Positions 10,116 to 20,125 of a DNA stretch of 64,000 bases are shown one piece after another (position 1 is the first letter of the stretch; each line of letters begins with the position of its first letter). Under the pieces are notes generated by a model. That model ran no database searches, had not been told where the DNA came from, and worked only from the letters and a program-made list of their open reading frames with translations. The stretch is from Chloroflexota bacterium (GTDB lineage Bacteria; Chloroflexota; Limnocylindria; Limnocylindrales; CSP1-4), in contig PNAP01000034.1 in NCBI GenBank assembly GCA_003169735.1, positions 45,648-109,647 of the forward strand, written 5' to 3'. The position numbers and the translations under genes were made by a program.

Positions 10116-11753
10116 GTGCGACCATCCCGCGCATCGGGGAAGACCGAGGGAGGCCCGTCGTTGACGCAGAAGAACTGGATCCTGACCGCCGTCGTGCTCG
10201 GGTCGGGCATCGTCTTCCTCGACGGCACCGTCGTGAACGTCGCGCTCAAGACGATCGGCCAGGAATTGCCGGCGACCTCGGTCGGCGTCCTCGAGGGACA
10301 GGCGTACATCAACAGCGGCTACCTCGCCGTGCTGAGCGCGCTGCTCATCATCTCCGGCGCCCTGGCCGACCGTTATGGCCGAAAGCGCATCTTCGCCATC
10401 GGCCTGGCCGGCTTCGGCATCACCTCGGCGCTGTGCGGCCTCGCGCCGAACTTCGAGTTGCTCATCGTCTTCCGCCTCGCCCAGGGTGCGGCCGGTGCGC
10501 TGCTCATCCCGGGTTCGCTGTCACTCATCACCGCGAACTTCGAGGGCGCGGACCGCGGCCGAGCGTTCGGCGTCTGGGCCGCGGTGACATCCGCGCTCAC
10601 CACTGTCGGACCGATCGTCGGCGGAGCGCTCGTCGACAACTTCACGTGGCGCATCGCGTTCCTCATCAACGTGCCGCTCGTCATCGTCGGCCTGTACGCG
10701 ACGCTCCGCCACGTACCCGAGTCGCGTGATGAGGACCGCACGGGCGGGCTCGACTGGCTCGGCTCGGCGGTCATCGCCATCGCCATCGGCGGCATCTGCT
10801 TCGGCCTGATCCGTGGCCAGGAGAAGGAGTGGAACGACTTCGTCGCGTTCGCGGCGCTCGGCGTCGGGCTCGTGGCGGCGGTGATCTTCCCGATCCTGAT
10901 GGTCAAGAAGAAGGACCCGCTCATCCCGCTCAGCCTGTTCAAGTCGCGCGAGTTCACCGTCATCAACATCTCGACGTTCCTGATCTACGGCGCGCTCTAC
11001 GTGACCTTCCAGTTCCAGGGGCTCTTCCTGCAGGGCACCATCGGCTACACCGCCCTCGCCGCCGGGGCGGTCGGCCTGCCGTCGGGGATCCTGCTGGCGG
11101 TCCTGTCGACGCGGGTCGGGGCGCTCGCCGGACGGATCGGAGCACGCCCGTTCCTCATCGCTGGACCGCTGCTGATGGCGGCGGCGCTGGCCTGGCAACT
11201 GCGCATCCCGGCGACGAGCCTGCCATGGGCCGCCAGCACCGCGAACGCGAGCAGCCTCTTCCCGCCGACGGACTTCTTCATCGACATCCTGCCCACGCTC
11301 ATCCTCTTCGCGGTCGGCATCAGCCTGGTCGTGGCGCCACTGACGACGGCCCTGATGAATTCGATCCCGGTGGCCAATGCCGGGCTCGGTTCGGCGATCA
11401 ACAACGCGGTTTCGCGCGTCGGGCAGCCGCTCGTGACGGCCATCCTGTTCATCGCCATCAGCACCGCCTTCTACGGCGCGATCACGACCTCCATCCCGCG
11501 GCTCGACCTGACCTCACCCGACGTGCGCCACGAGGTGCCGCCGCTTAACCCGCCGTCCGATTCGCTGAACCTCACCGCGGCCGAGCTGGCCTCGACCAAG
11601 CAGGCTTCCACCGATGCGTACCACCTGGCCATGCTCGTCGGCACGGGGCTGCTGATCGGCGGCGCGGCGGTCAACGCGTTCGGCATCCGGCGTTCGGTGA
11701 GCGGCACCGGCTCCCAGCGCGCGGCCGATCCAGGGGCCGCACCCGCGGGCTGA
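10116..11753 (+). CDS. MFS transporter, DHA2 (14-TM drug:H+ antiporter) family
   Basis: 545 aa with 14 predicted TM segments. The motif LADRYGRKRIFAIGLAGFGITSALCGLA is typical of EmrB/QacA. Confidence 0.8.
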   Translation: MRPSRASGKTEGGPSLTQKNWILTAVVLGSGIVFLDGTVVNVALKTIGQELPATSVGVLEGQAYINSGYLAVLSALLIISGALADRYGRKRIFAIGLAGFGITSALCGLAPNFELLIVFRLAQGAAGALLIPGSLSLITANFEGADRGRAFGVWAAVTSALTTVGPIVGGALVDNFTWRIAFLINVPLVIVGLYATLRHVPESRDEDRTGGLDWLGSAVIAIAIGGICFGLIRGQEKEWNDFVAFAALGVGLVAAVIFPILMVKKKDPLIPLSLFKSREFTVINISTFLIYGALYVTFQFQGLFLQGTIGYTALAAGAVGLPSGILLAVLSTRVGALAGRIGARPFLIAGPLLMAAALAWQLRIPATSLPWAASTANASSLFPPTDFFIDILPTLILFAVGISLVVAPLTTALMNSIPVANAGLGSAINNAVSRVGQPLVTAILFIAISTAFYGAITTSIPRLDLTSPDVRHEVPPLNPPSDSLNLTAAELASTKQASTDAYHLAMLVGTGLLIGGAAVNAFGIRRSVSGTGSQRAADPGAAPAG

Positions 11754-11759
11754 GTGCGC

Positions 11760-12239
11760 TTAGGTACAGGTCACCGTCAGGCGCTGGAGGTCGTACGGGG
11801 CTTCGCCATCGGGGACCGGCAGGAGGGTTCGGTCGAGGTCGAGCGTGGCACCGGGGGCGATGTCGGTGGTACGGAAGTCGACATCCTCGGGGCGCGGCTG
11901 GCCGTCGCGGGTGACGCGACAGTCGGCCGGCGCGGTCGATCTACCACCGTTGGCAACGCGCACGGCGATCTGAATGCCGCCATCGGCGAGCGTGGCACGT
12001 CCCTCGACGGTGGCCGTGAACGGCCCTCCGCCGCCGACCGCGAACCGTGCCCCCACGATGAACAGCAGGAAGCCGAAGAGCACCGCCACGAGGATCGTGC
12101 CGTGCATCTGGGTCGCGCTCGGCGCCTTGATGTGGCCGGGGTTGTCCTCCTCGCAGAGCGACACGCCGGCCGGCGTCGGGCGGCCGCAGCGTGCACAGCG
12201 ATCGGGATACTCGGTGTCCGCGCCGGGAGTGTTGGCCAT
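11760..12239 (-). CDS. Hypothetical zinc-ribbon membrane protein
   Basis: N-terminal CARCGRP...C motif, a single TM segment, and an extracytoplasmic domain. GC3 is high. Confidence 0.4.
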   Translation of the reverse strand: MANTPGADTEYPDRCARCGRPTPAGVSLCEEDNPGHIKAPSATQMHGTILVAVLFGFLLFIVGARFAVGGGGPFTATVEGRATLADGGIQIAVRVANGGRSTAPADCRVTRDGQPRPEDVDFRTTDIAPGATLDLDRTLLPVPDGEAPYDLQRLTVTCT

Positions 12240-12287
12240 CGCGCCAAGCGTACCGCGCCGAGCCGTTCGGCGGCCAGCAACGAACGC

Positions 12288-13136
12288 TCAGCCGGCAGAG
12301 AGACCCGCGCGCTCGGCCGCGACGAGCAGCGCGGTGATGTCGCGCGGCCGGACCCAGTGGATGATCAGCTCATCCGCGCCGCGGTCCCGCCACTCGCGCG
12401 CGGTGGCGGCCAGGTCTGCCAGTATCGGCTGCCGCGACGGAGGAACCCCCGGCTCGAGGTATAGCGCCACGATCACCTCGACCTGGTCGCGCGAACGCGC
12501 TGCCGCCTCCAGTGCCGCACGGAAGATCGGCTCCAATCGGTCGTAGTCGGCGCCCTTCATCGCCCAGGCGTCGCCGACGCGCGCCGCGAGCCGCGCGCCG
12601 CCCGGCTTCTCGCCACCCACGATGATGCGCGGCAACGGTCGCGGCACAGGATGCGCATAGGCCCCCGCGAGCCGATAGTGCCGGCCCTCGAAGTCGACCG
12701 GCCCGCCCGTCCAGAGCGCGCGGATGACCGCGACCTGCTCCTCCAGGAGCTCGACCCGTTCGGAGGCCGCCGGGTAGTCGATGCCGTAGGCGAGGTGCTC
12801 GGCCGGGTGCCCGCCGATGCCGATCCCGAACTCCAGCCGGCCGCCGGTCTGCTCCTGGACCGTGGCGGCCATGCGCGCCAGCACGGCCGGGTGGCGGTTC
12901 GTGACGTTGCTGACGAATGCCCCCAGGCGGATGCGCTCGGTGACCGCGCCGGTCGCGGCGAGGGTCGTCCAGCACTCGAGGACGGGATTGGTGAGGCGGC
13001 CACGGCTGACGAAGTGATCCCAGCACCAGACGGCGCGGAAGCCCGCACTCTCGAGCAGGCGCGCCGTGCCACTCCACCAGGACGCGGGCACGCCCATCGA
13101 CGTGAGATTGACCCCGATGGGGATGGCGGTGGTCAT
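12288..13136 (-). CDS. LLM-class F420-dependent oxidoreductase (luciferase-like)
   Basis: Luciferase-like TIM-barrel motifs (WCWDHF, GIGIGG). Confidence 0.7.
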   Translation of the reverse strand: MTTAIPIGVNLTSMGVPASWWSGTARLLESAGFRAVWCWDHFVSRGRLTNPVLECWTTLAATGAVTERIRLGAFVSNVTNRHPAVLARMAATVQEQTGGRLEFGIGIGGHPAEHLAYGIDYPAASERVELLEEQVAVIRALWTGGPVDFEGRHYRLAGAYAHPVPRPLPRIIVGGEKPGGARLAARVGDAWAMKGADYDRLEPIFRAALEAAARSRDQVEVIVALYLEPGVPPSRQPILADLAATAREWRDRGADELIIHWVRPRDITALLVAAERAGLSAG

Positions 13137-13159
13137 ACGACTTCAGGCGCCCGAGTCCT

Positions 13160-13906
13160 TCAGATTCGGGTGCCAGCCTCCAGCGCGATCTCGACCATCA
13201 CATCGGTCGCCTTCTCCAGCGCATCGAGCGGCAGGTACGTCTGCTCAGAGGTCTCCTCCTCGGCGAGCGTGTCGGAGACCGTCAGGATGCATGCGGCGCG
13301 GACGTCGTCGCCGGCCGCCGAGGCGCGCGACGCCAGCGTGAAGAGCGCGGCGGCCTCCATCTCGAAGCCGAGGATGCCGCGGCTCCGCCACTTGGTGACG
13401 TAGTCCTCGTCGGGGTTGTAGAAGACGTCGACGGTCGCGACGGGGCCGATGAAGGGGTGGATCCCGGCAGCCTCCGCAGCGTCCACGAGGGCTCGCGTGA
13501 AGGCGAAGTCCGCCACCGGCGCGTAAGGATCGCCGTGCATCAACGTCCGTGTAGACCCATCCACCGGTGCCGCGGCGGTGGCGATGACGAGGTCCGCGGT
13601 GTGGATGCCCCGCCCGATGCCGCCGCACGTCCCGACGCGCACGAGTCGCTTGGCACCCAGGCGGAGTAGCTCCTCGACCACGATCGACAGCGATGGCGTG
13701 CCGATGCCCGATGTCTGGACGCTGACCGGGTGGCCCTTGTAGGCGCCCGTGTAGCCGTACAGCGCGCGATGGTCGTTGACCTTGCGTGCGGCGTCGAGGC
13801 CGCCATCGAAGCGGGCAGCGATGCGCGTCGCGCGATTCGGATCGCCGGGCAACAGCACGAGCGGGGCGTAATCGCCGACTTCGGCGCGCAGGTGGATCTG
13901 GGGCAT
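13160..13906 (-). CDS. deoD: Purine nucleoside phosphorylase, DeoD type
   Basis: MPQIHL...GDPNRA...GIGTPSLSIVVEEL...VGTCGG is the PNP/UDP-1 family pattern. The ORF extends to 14020, but I chose the start at MPQIHL. Confidence 0.75.
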   Translation of the reverse strand: MPQIHLRAEVGDYAPLVLLPGDPNRATRIAARFDGGLDAARKVNDHRALYGYTGAYKGHPVSVQTSGIGTPSLSIVVEELLRLGAKRLVRVGTCGGIGRGIHTADLVIATAAAPVDGSTRTLMHGDPYAPVADFAFTRALVDAAEAAGIHPFIGPVATVDVFYNPDEDYVTKWRSRGILGFEMEAAALFTLASRASAAGDDVRAACILTVSDTLAEEETSEQTYLPLDALEKATDVMVEIALEAGTRI

Positions 13907-14042
13907 GATCGGTGGGCTCCTTGGTCGAGAGGGTTCGAGCGGGCGCGTGTGCCGGGAAAGTCTAGTCGGCGACGCCGCCACTCGGCGCGGCCGGCGCTCC
14001 CGCCGATTGCCTCTCGCCACCCTTCTCGGCTAGGGTTCGGCG

Positions 14043-15221
14043 ATGGAGCCAGACGAGCGGGCACTGGGCAACGCCGCGGCGACGGTCGAGTTCGAGCACG
14101 TCACCAAGCGGTACGACGCGGGCGAGAACGGGCCTGGTGCGGTCAACGACCTCTCGTTCGTGGTACCAGCCGGCAAGATCTGCGTGCTGGTCGGGCCATC
14201 AGGGTGCGGCAAGACGACCAGCCTGAAGATGGTCAATCGGCTCATCGAACCGACCGCCGGCCGCATCCTCATCGATGGCCGCGACATCTCCACCGAGGAT
14301 CCCATCGGCCTGCGCCGGCGCATCGGCTACGTCATCCAGCAGACGGGGCTCTTCCCGCATCAGACCATCGGCGAGAACATCGCCGTGGTGCCGCGTCTGC
14401 TGGGTTGGCCGGCGTCGCGGCAACGGGAGCGGGCCGAGGAACTGCTCGGGATCGTCGGACTGGACGCGGCGAGATACCGCGATCGCTATCCCAGCCAGCT
14501 GTCGGGCGGCGAGCGCCAGCGCGTCGGCGTGGCACGGGCGCTGGCGGCCGACCCACCGCTGATGCTCATGGACGAGCCGTTCGGCGCCGTCGACCCGATC
14601 GTGCGCGAGCACCTCCAGAACGAGCTGCTCCGCGTCCAGGCGGATCTCGCCAAGACCATCCTCTTCGTGACCCACGACATCGATGAAGCGATCAAGATGG
14701 GCGACCTCGTCGCGGTCATGCAGAACGGTGGCAGGCTGGCCCAGTTCGCGCCGCCCGCGGAGCTGCTGGCCAGGCCAGCGTCTGAATTCGTGGCTCGCTT
14801 CGTGGGTGCCGACCGCGGTCTGAAGCGGATGTCGCTGATGCGCGTGCGCGACCTTCCGCTGCACGCCGCCGTCACCGCCAGACCCGGCGACGATGCCGCC
14901 GATGCGCTGCGACGCATCACCGCTGACCCGTTCCCGTACCTGCTGCTGGTCGACCGATCGGGCGCACCGATCGGCTGGTTCGATGAGGCCGAGATCCCAG
15001 CCACTGGCACGCTCAGTGCTGATGCCGCGGTCTCCATGTCACCCCTCTTCGCGCCCGAGACGACGCTCAAGGACGCGCTCTCGATGCTGCTCGACAACGA
15101 GGTCCAGGCGGGCATCGCCGTCGACCGCGGAGGACGCGTGCTCGGCCTGGTGACCGACGGCGACATCGCGGCGGCCGCCCGTCCGGATGGTCCTGCCGCA
15201 CGTCCGGATGCCGGCGCCTGA
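14043..15221 (+). CDS. opuCA: Glycine betaine/choline ABC transporter ATP-binding protein with tandem CBS domains
   Basis: Walker A GPSGCGKTT, signature LSGGERQRV, and a C-terminal CBS pair. Confidence 0.85.
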   Translation: MEPDERALGNAAATVEFEHVTKRYDAGENGPGAVNDLSFVVPAGKICVLVGPSGCGKTTSLKMVNRLIEPTAGRILIDGRDISTEDPIGLRRRIGYVIQQTGLFPHQTIGENIAVVPRLLGWPASRQRERAEELLGIVGLDAARYRDRYPSQLSGGERQRVGVARALAADPPLMLMDEPFGAVDPIVREHLQNELLRVQADLAKTILFVTHDIDEAIKMGDLVAVMQNGGRLAQFAPPAELLARPASEFVARFVGADRGLKRMSLMRVRDLPLHAAVTARPGDDAADALRRITADPFPYLLLVDRSGAPIGWFDEAEIPATGTLSADAAVSMSPLFAPETTLKDALSMLLDNEVQAGIAVDRGGRVLGLVTDGDIAAAARPDGPAARPDAGA

Positions 15222-15904
15222 TGCTCGATTGGGGTTGGCTGGCCGACCACCTCGGAGCCTTCGCCGATCGGACGGTCCAGCACCTGTACCTGGCCGCGGT
15301 CGGGCTGGTGGTTGGCTTCGCCATCGCCTTCGCGCTTGGCCTCGTGGCGATCCGCCGCCGCCGCTCCTATCCGCCCATCGCCGGCGCGGCAGGGATCCTG
15401 TACACGATCCCGAGCCTGGTCCTCTTCGCGGCGCTCGTGCCGATCACTGGCCTGTCGCTGCTGACCGCCGAAGTGCCGCTGGTCATCTACACGCAGGTCA
15501 TCTTCATCCGCAACATCGTGGCCGGCTTCGACGCGGTGCCGGCCGATGTGCTCGAGGCTGCCGATGGCATGGGCTACGCCCGGGACCAGCGGTTGCTTCG
15601 CGTCGAGCTGCCACTGGCGGTGCCGCTCATCGTCGCCGGGTTGCGCGTGGCGAGCGTCTCGACCATCGGCCTCGTGACCATCACGGGCACGCTCGGTGAC
15701 CGATTCGGCGGCCTCGGCTTCTTCATCTTCGAGGGCTACTCGCGCGGGTTCGCGACCGAGATCGCCGCCGGGGCGGTGGGCTCGATGGTGCTGGCGCTGG
15801 TCGTCGACGCGGTGCTGGTGCGCGTCCAACGGTTCCTCACCCCCTGGACGCGCCCGCCCGCGCTGGCGGCCGAGCGGCTGCCGGCCGACGCAGCGACGAG
15901 CTGA
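15221..15904 (+). CDS. opuCB: ABC permease (OpuCB/ProW-like)
   Basis: Six-TM BPD permease with ATGA stop/start overlap with opuCA. Confidence 0.8.
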   Translation: MLDWGWLADHLGAFADRTVQHLYLAAVGLVVGFAIAFALGLVAIRRRRSYPPIAGAAGILYTIPSLVLFAALVPITGLSLLTAEVPLVIYTQVIFIRNIVAGFDAVPADVLEAADGMGYARDQRLLRVELPLAVPLIVAGLRVASVSTIGLVTITGTLGDRFGGLGFFIFEGYSRGFATEIAAGAVGSMVLALVVDAVLVRVQRFLTPWTRPPALAAERLPADAATS

Positions 15905-15916
15905 GGACGCCCGCCG

Positions 15917-16636
15917 ATGGACATCGTCACGAAGACCATCGCGTGGTTCGGCGACCCCGCGAACTGGAGCGGCCAGAGCGGCATCCCCGCCCGCCTCGCC
16001 GAGCACGTCGGCATCTCCGCCATCACGCTGGCCCTCGCCATCGCCATCACCCTGCCCATCGGCCTCTGGATCGGCCATACCGGTCGCGGCACGCGGCTGG
16101 CCGTCGGGCTGGCCAACCTCGGTCGTGCCGTGCCGACCCTGGCCGTGATGGGCATCCTCGTCCCGTTCACGGCGGTCATCGACCCCGCGCTCGGTTTCAC
16201 CACCTACCCGACCATCCTCGCGATGTTGCTGTTGGCCGCCCCGTCGATCCTGGTCAACGCATATGCCGGCATCCACGAGGTGGATCGTGACCTCGTGGAG
16301 GCGGCCCGCGGCATGGGCTTCCGCGAGTGGCAGATCCTGGGCCGCGTCGAGTTGCCGGTCGCGCTACCGGTCGTGCTCGGCGGTGTCCGCTCGGCGGCCG
16401 TGCAGGTCCTGGCGACGGCGACGCTCGGTGCCATCTTCGGGTTCGGAGGCCTGGGCCGCTTCCTGGTCGACGGCATCGCGCAGCGCGACACCGGCCAGAT
16501 CTGGGGTGGCGTGGTCCTCGTCGCCGCCCTGGTCCTGTCGAGCGAGACGGGCTTCGCCCTGCTTGGGCGACGGCTCACCTCGCGAGGGCTGCGAGCGGGA
16601 GCGGCGACCGCCGCTACCAGTCCAGCCGGCGCATAG
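15917..16636 (+). CDS. opuCD: ABC permease (OpuCD-like)
   Basis: Second BPD-type permease. Confidence 0.8.
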   Translation: MDIVTKTIAWFGDPANWSGQSGIPARLAEHVGISAITLALAIAITLPIGLWIGHTGRGTRLAVGLANLGRAVPTLAVMGILVPFTAVIDPALGFTTYPTILAMLLLAAPSILVNAYAGIHEVDRDLVEAARGMGFREWQILGRVELPVALPVVLGGVRSAAVQVLATATLGAIFGFGGLGRFLVDGIAQRDTGQIWGGVVLVAALVLSSETGFALLGRRLTSRGLRAGAATAATSPAGA

Positions 16637-16764
16637 ATCCATTCGGCGGGTCGGCTCGTATCACTGGCGCGGGCTTTTCACGCCGTGTCCGCGAGCGGGT
16701 ATAGTCGGCCGACCCTTGAGCCGATCAGCCCGATAACGGCGGGGGAACATAAGGAGAACGACCC

Positions 16765-17793
16765 ATGCGGCTATCCCGCATGCTTGCCCTTGGGGCGTCG
16801 ACGCTGGTGCTGTTCAGCGCCTGCTCGACGGGTGGGGGCAGCACACCGACACCCGTGGCGCCCACACCGCCACCCGCGACGGCAACGCCATCCACGGCAA
16901 CGCCAACACCGAACAGCCAGCCCAGCAGCACGGGCGCGGCCGGAGCCCCGACCATCAAGATCGGATCGGCCGGCTTCTACGAAGCCAAGATCATGGCCGA
17001 GATCTATGCCCAGGCTCTCGAGGCCCATGGCTATACCGTCGACCGCGCCGGGATCGGACTCGGCGCCCGCGCCGTCACCAATCCCGCCCTCGAGTCCGGG
17101 CAGATCGATCTCGAGCCGGAGTACATCGGCAGCGACCTGGCGTCCTACGCGCCCGGCACGCAGACCGGCGACCCGACCGCCAACATGACGGCGCTCCAGA
17201 CCGCCCTCAACGGCAAGGGTGGCGGCATCACCGTGCTGCCGTTCTCGCCGGCCGTCGACACCAACGCGTTCGTCGTTCGCTCAGAGACCGCGTCCTCCGA
17301 CAACCTGGTCAAGATGAGCGACACGACGGCCGTTCAGAACCAACTCAAGTGGGGCCTGGCGACCGACTGCAAGACCAACCCGGTCTGCGCCGCGGCACTC
17401 CAGAGCGCCTACGGCCTCGCGCCGACCAACGTCACGTATCTCTCGGCGTGCGACACGCCGATGGCGCAGGCGCTCCTGGCCAAGACCATCGACGTCGGTG
17501 AGCTGTGCTCGACGCAGCCGGACATCGCGCAGAACCAGTGGGTCGTCCTGCTCGACGACAAGGCCACGCAGCCGGCCGACAACATCTCGCCGCTGGTCCG
17601 CAACGACTACCTTGCGAAGCTCAGCGACAAGGCTGGCTTCGAAGCCATCCTGAACGCCGTCTCGGCGGCCATGGACACCGCGCAGCTGACCCAGCTCAAT
17701 GCGGACTTCACGGTCCAGAAGCAGGACATCACGGCCATCGCCAAGGCGTGGCTGATCCAGGCCGGACTCAACACGGGCGGCGGGTCGTACTGA
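16765..17793 (+). CDS. opuCC: Glycine betaine/choline-binding lipoprotein (OpuBC/OpuCC family)
   Basis: Signal peptide with lipobox LFSAC, a P/T-rich linker, then an OpuAC-type SBP fold. An SD sequence AAGGAGAA precedes the ATG. Confidence 0.8.
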   Translation: MRLSRMLALGASTLVLFSACSTGGGSTPTPVAPTPPPATATPSTATPTPNSQPSSTGAAGAPTIKIGSAGFYEAKIMAEIYAQALEAHGYTVDRAGIGLGARAVTNPALESGQIDLEPEYIGSDLASYAPGTQTGDPTANMTALQTALNGKGGGITVLPFSPAVDTNAFVVRSETASSDNLVKMSDTTAVQNQLKWGLATDCKTNPVCAAALQSAYGLAPTNVTYLSACDTPMAQALLAKTIDVGELCSTQPDIAQNQWVVLLDDKATQPADNISPLVRNDYLAKLSDKAGFEAILNAVSAAMDTAQLTQLNADFTVQKQDITAIAKAWLIQAGLNTGGGSY

Positions 17794-17875
17794 CCCGACG
17801 CAGCACGGAGCCGGATCATCAGGGAGCGGTCGCCGAAAGGCGGCCGCTCTTTCGTTCCTACCCAGGAGGGACGCG

Positions 17876-18547
17876 ATGAACGAGCGCGAGTATCTCGAAT
17901 TGGCCGATTGGCGGCGCCGCGTGGCCATCCTCTTCGCCGAGTGGCGTGACGCGGCGACCCGCGACCCGGCCGCGGCCACGTCGGCGTTCCGCGCCGCCAA
18001 GGACCGCCTCTTCGCCGAGCATCCCCAGTCCCCGCTGCGACCCGAAGAGCGCGCCAGGTTCGCCGGGCTGCGGTATTGGCCGTATGACGCCGCGTATCGG
18101 ATGACGCTGCGGCTGGAACCCGTGGCAGAAGCGCCCGTGGCAGAAGCGGCCGCGACTGGCACCCACATCGACTTCGGAGCGGCCACAGCGCTGCCCAATT
18201 CGGGCAACGAGACGATCGCCTTCCGGCGCATCGGCCGCGTCCAGCTCGTCGGTCCGCTGGCCGGCCAATCACTCTCCGTCTTCTGGATCCAGGGCTACGG
18301 CGGCGGCATCTTCCTGCCCTTCCGCGACGCCACGAGCGGGCACGAGACCTACGGCGCCGGCCGGTACGCGCTCGACACCATCAAGAGCGCCGACCACGGC
18401 GGCAACGCGGCGACCGACACGCTGACGGTCGACTTCAACATGGCCTACCACCCCTCGTGCGCGTACGATCCGAAATGGAGCTGCCCGCTCGCCCCGCCTG
18501 AGAACACGCTCCATCTGCCCATCGCCGTCGGCGAGCGCCTGCGCTGA
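17876..18547 (+). CDS. DUF1684 domain protein
   Basis: C-terminal YHPSCAYDPKWSCP motif typical of DUF1684. The SD is GGAGGG. Confidence 0.7.
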   Translation: MNEREYLELADWRRRVAILFAEWRDAATRDPAAATSAFRAAKDRLFAEHPQSPLRPEERARFAGLRYWPYDAAYRMTLRLEPVAEAPVAEAAATGTHIDFGAATALPNSGNETIAFRRIGRVQLVGPLAGQSLSVFWIQGYGGGIFLPFRDATSGHETYGAGRYALDTIKSADHGGNAATDTLTVDFNMAYHPSCAYDPKWSCPLAPPENTLHLPIAVGERLR

Positions 18548-18641
18548 GGCGCCTCCCTCCGAGCAAGGCCCACCGGCGCCGCGCCAGCACCTATCATCGG
18601 CAGGTCCCCCCTGTGCCCGATCTAGAGGTCAGCGCCCGCCC

Positions 18642-19121
18642 GTGACCCGGTCCCCTCGCCTGCCGACGGCGCCATCTATCGCCTCGCGACCACGCCGGGT
18701 GACTGATCCCGCGGTCTGGGAGCCGCTCGTGCGGCGCTTCCTCGAGGCCAGGGACCGGTACGGCGTACTGGCCACCGTCAACCCGGATGGCACGCCGCTC
18801 CAGGCGGTCATCTGGTACCTCGTCGAGGACGCGGGTCTGGTCATCAACTCGAAGGTCGGCCGCCAGTGGCCGACCAACCTGCTGCGCGACCCCCGCTGCA
18901 GCCTGACCGTCGAGACCGGGCTCGACTACGTCGCCATCCGCGGTGTCGCGGAGGCGATCGGCGATCAGGAGCGCGCCCAGGCCGACATCGCGGCGATGGC
19001 CCGGCGCTACGACCCGCCCGAACAGGCGGAGCGGACGATCGCGAATCAGTTCCAAAAGGAAACGCGCATAAGCTTCCTTCTGCGCCCGCGCTCGGTCCGG
19101 GTATACGGAGGGCTCGAATGA
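18642..19121 (+). CDS. PPOX-class (pyridoxamine 5'-phosphate oxidase-like) F420-dependent enzyme / FDOR
   Basis: GVLATVNPDGTPLQAVIWY split-barrel motif. The probable start is GTG at 18699. Its stop overlaps the fgd start (ATGA). Confidence 0.65.
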   Translation: MTRSPRLPTAPSIASRPRRVTDPAVWEPLVRRFLEARDRYGVLATVNPDGTPLQAVIWYLVEDAGLVINSKVGRQWPTNLLRDPRCSLTVETGLDYVAIRGVAEAIGDQERAQADIAAMARRYDPPEQAERTIANQFQKETRISFLLRPRSVRVYGGLE

Positions 19122-20110
19122 TGGCCAAGGTCCAGATCGGTTACGCCGCGATGCTGGAGCAGTTCCATCCGACCGAGCTGCTCGACCTGTGCGACGTGGC
19201 AGAGAAGAACGGCTTCCGCGGCGTCATGGCCGCCGACCACGTCCAGCCATGGGTGCCGACGCAGGGCCAGGCCGCGTTCGTGTGGGCGTTCATGACCGCG
19301 GCTCTGGCGCGCACCGGTGGCGACGTCGGGCCTGGCGTGACGTGCCCGAGCTTCCGCCAGCACCCGGCGATCATCGCCCAGGCCGCGGCCACCCTCGAGG
19401 CGATGTACCCGGGCCGCTTCTGGCTCGGTCTCGGCTCCGGGGAGGCGCTCAACGAGCACGTCGTCGGTGGCTACTGGCCCGAGGTCGCCGAGCGCATCGC
19501 GCGCATGTTCGAGTCGGTCGAGATCATCCGCAAGCTCTTCACCGGCAAGGACGTCAAGCACAGCGGCGAGTACTACAAGATGGAGACGATGCGCCTCTGG
19601 ACGATGCCGGAGACGCCGCCGCCGATCCTCATCGCGACGGCCGGCCCGATCACGGCCAAGAAGACCGGCCGTGTGGCCGACGGGCTGATCACGGTCGGGG
19701 CCCCGGAAGAGAAGATCGAGATGATCCGGGCCAAGTGCGTCGAAGGGTGCATCGAGGGCGGCAACGATCCGGACAAGTTCAAGTACATCCTGCAGCTCCA
19801 TCTCTCGTGGGCCGAGACCGACGAAGACGCGCTGACCAACGCGATGGTCGAGTGGCCCAACGGCGGCATGAAGTTCCCGAAGCAGGACATCCGCTCACCG
19901 CACGACTTCGCGCAGATGGCCAAGCTCGTCCGGCCGGAAGACTTCCAGGGGCGGATGCTCATCTCCTCGGATCTCGAGGCACATCGGCGCGAGATCCAGA
20001 AGTTCGTCGACCTGGGCTTCGACCGGATCTACCTCCACAACGTCGGGCGCAACCAGCGCGAGTGGGCGGAGGCATTCGGGCGCGAGGTGCTGCCGGCGCT
20101 GCGCGCGTAG
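19118..20110 (+). CDS. fgd: F420-dependent glucose-6-phosphate dehydrogenase family (LLM class)
   Basis: MMAKVQIGYAAMLEQFHPTELLDL...SDHFQPW-like...GLGSGEALNE closely resembles Fgd1. The ORF track extends it to 18866, but that N-terminal extension is spurious. Confidence 0.8.
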   Translation: MMAKVQIGYAAMLEQFHPTELLDLCDVAEKNGFRGVMAADHVQPWVPTQGQAAFVWAFMTAALARTGGDVGPGVTCPSFRQHPAIIAQAAATLEAMYPGRFWLGLGSGEALNEHVVGGYWPEVAERIARMFESVEIIRKLFTGKDVKHSGEYYKMETMRLWTMPETPPPILIATAGPITAKKTGRVADGLITVGAPEEKIEMIRAKCVEGCIEGGNDPDKFKYILQLHLSWAETDEDALTNAMVEWPNGGMKFPKQDIRSPHDFAQMAKLVRPEDFQGRMLISSDLEAHRREIQKFVDLGFDRIYLHNVGRNQREWAEAFGREVLPALRA

Positions 20111-20125
20111 CGCTGGTCGGTCGTC

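Noticed and set aside
18866-19120. N-terminal extension of the fgd ORF (MADQPAARPP...)
   Set aside because: Fgd homology begins at MMAKVQIGY (19118). The extension overlaps the FDOR gene in another frame.
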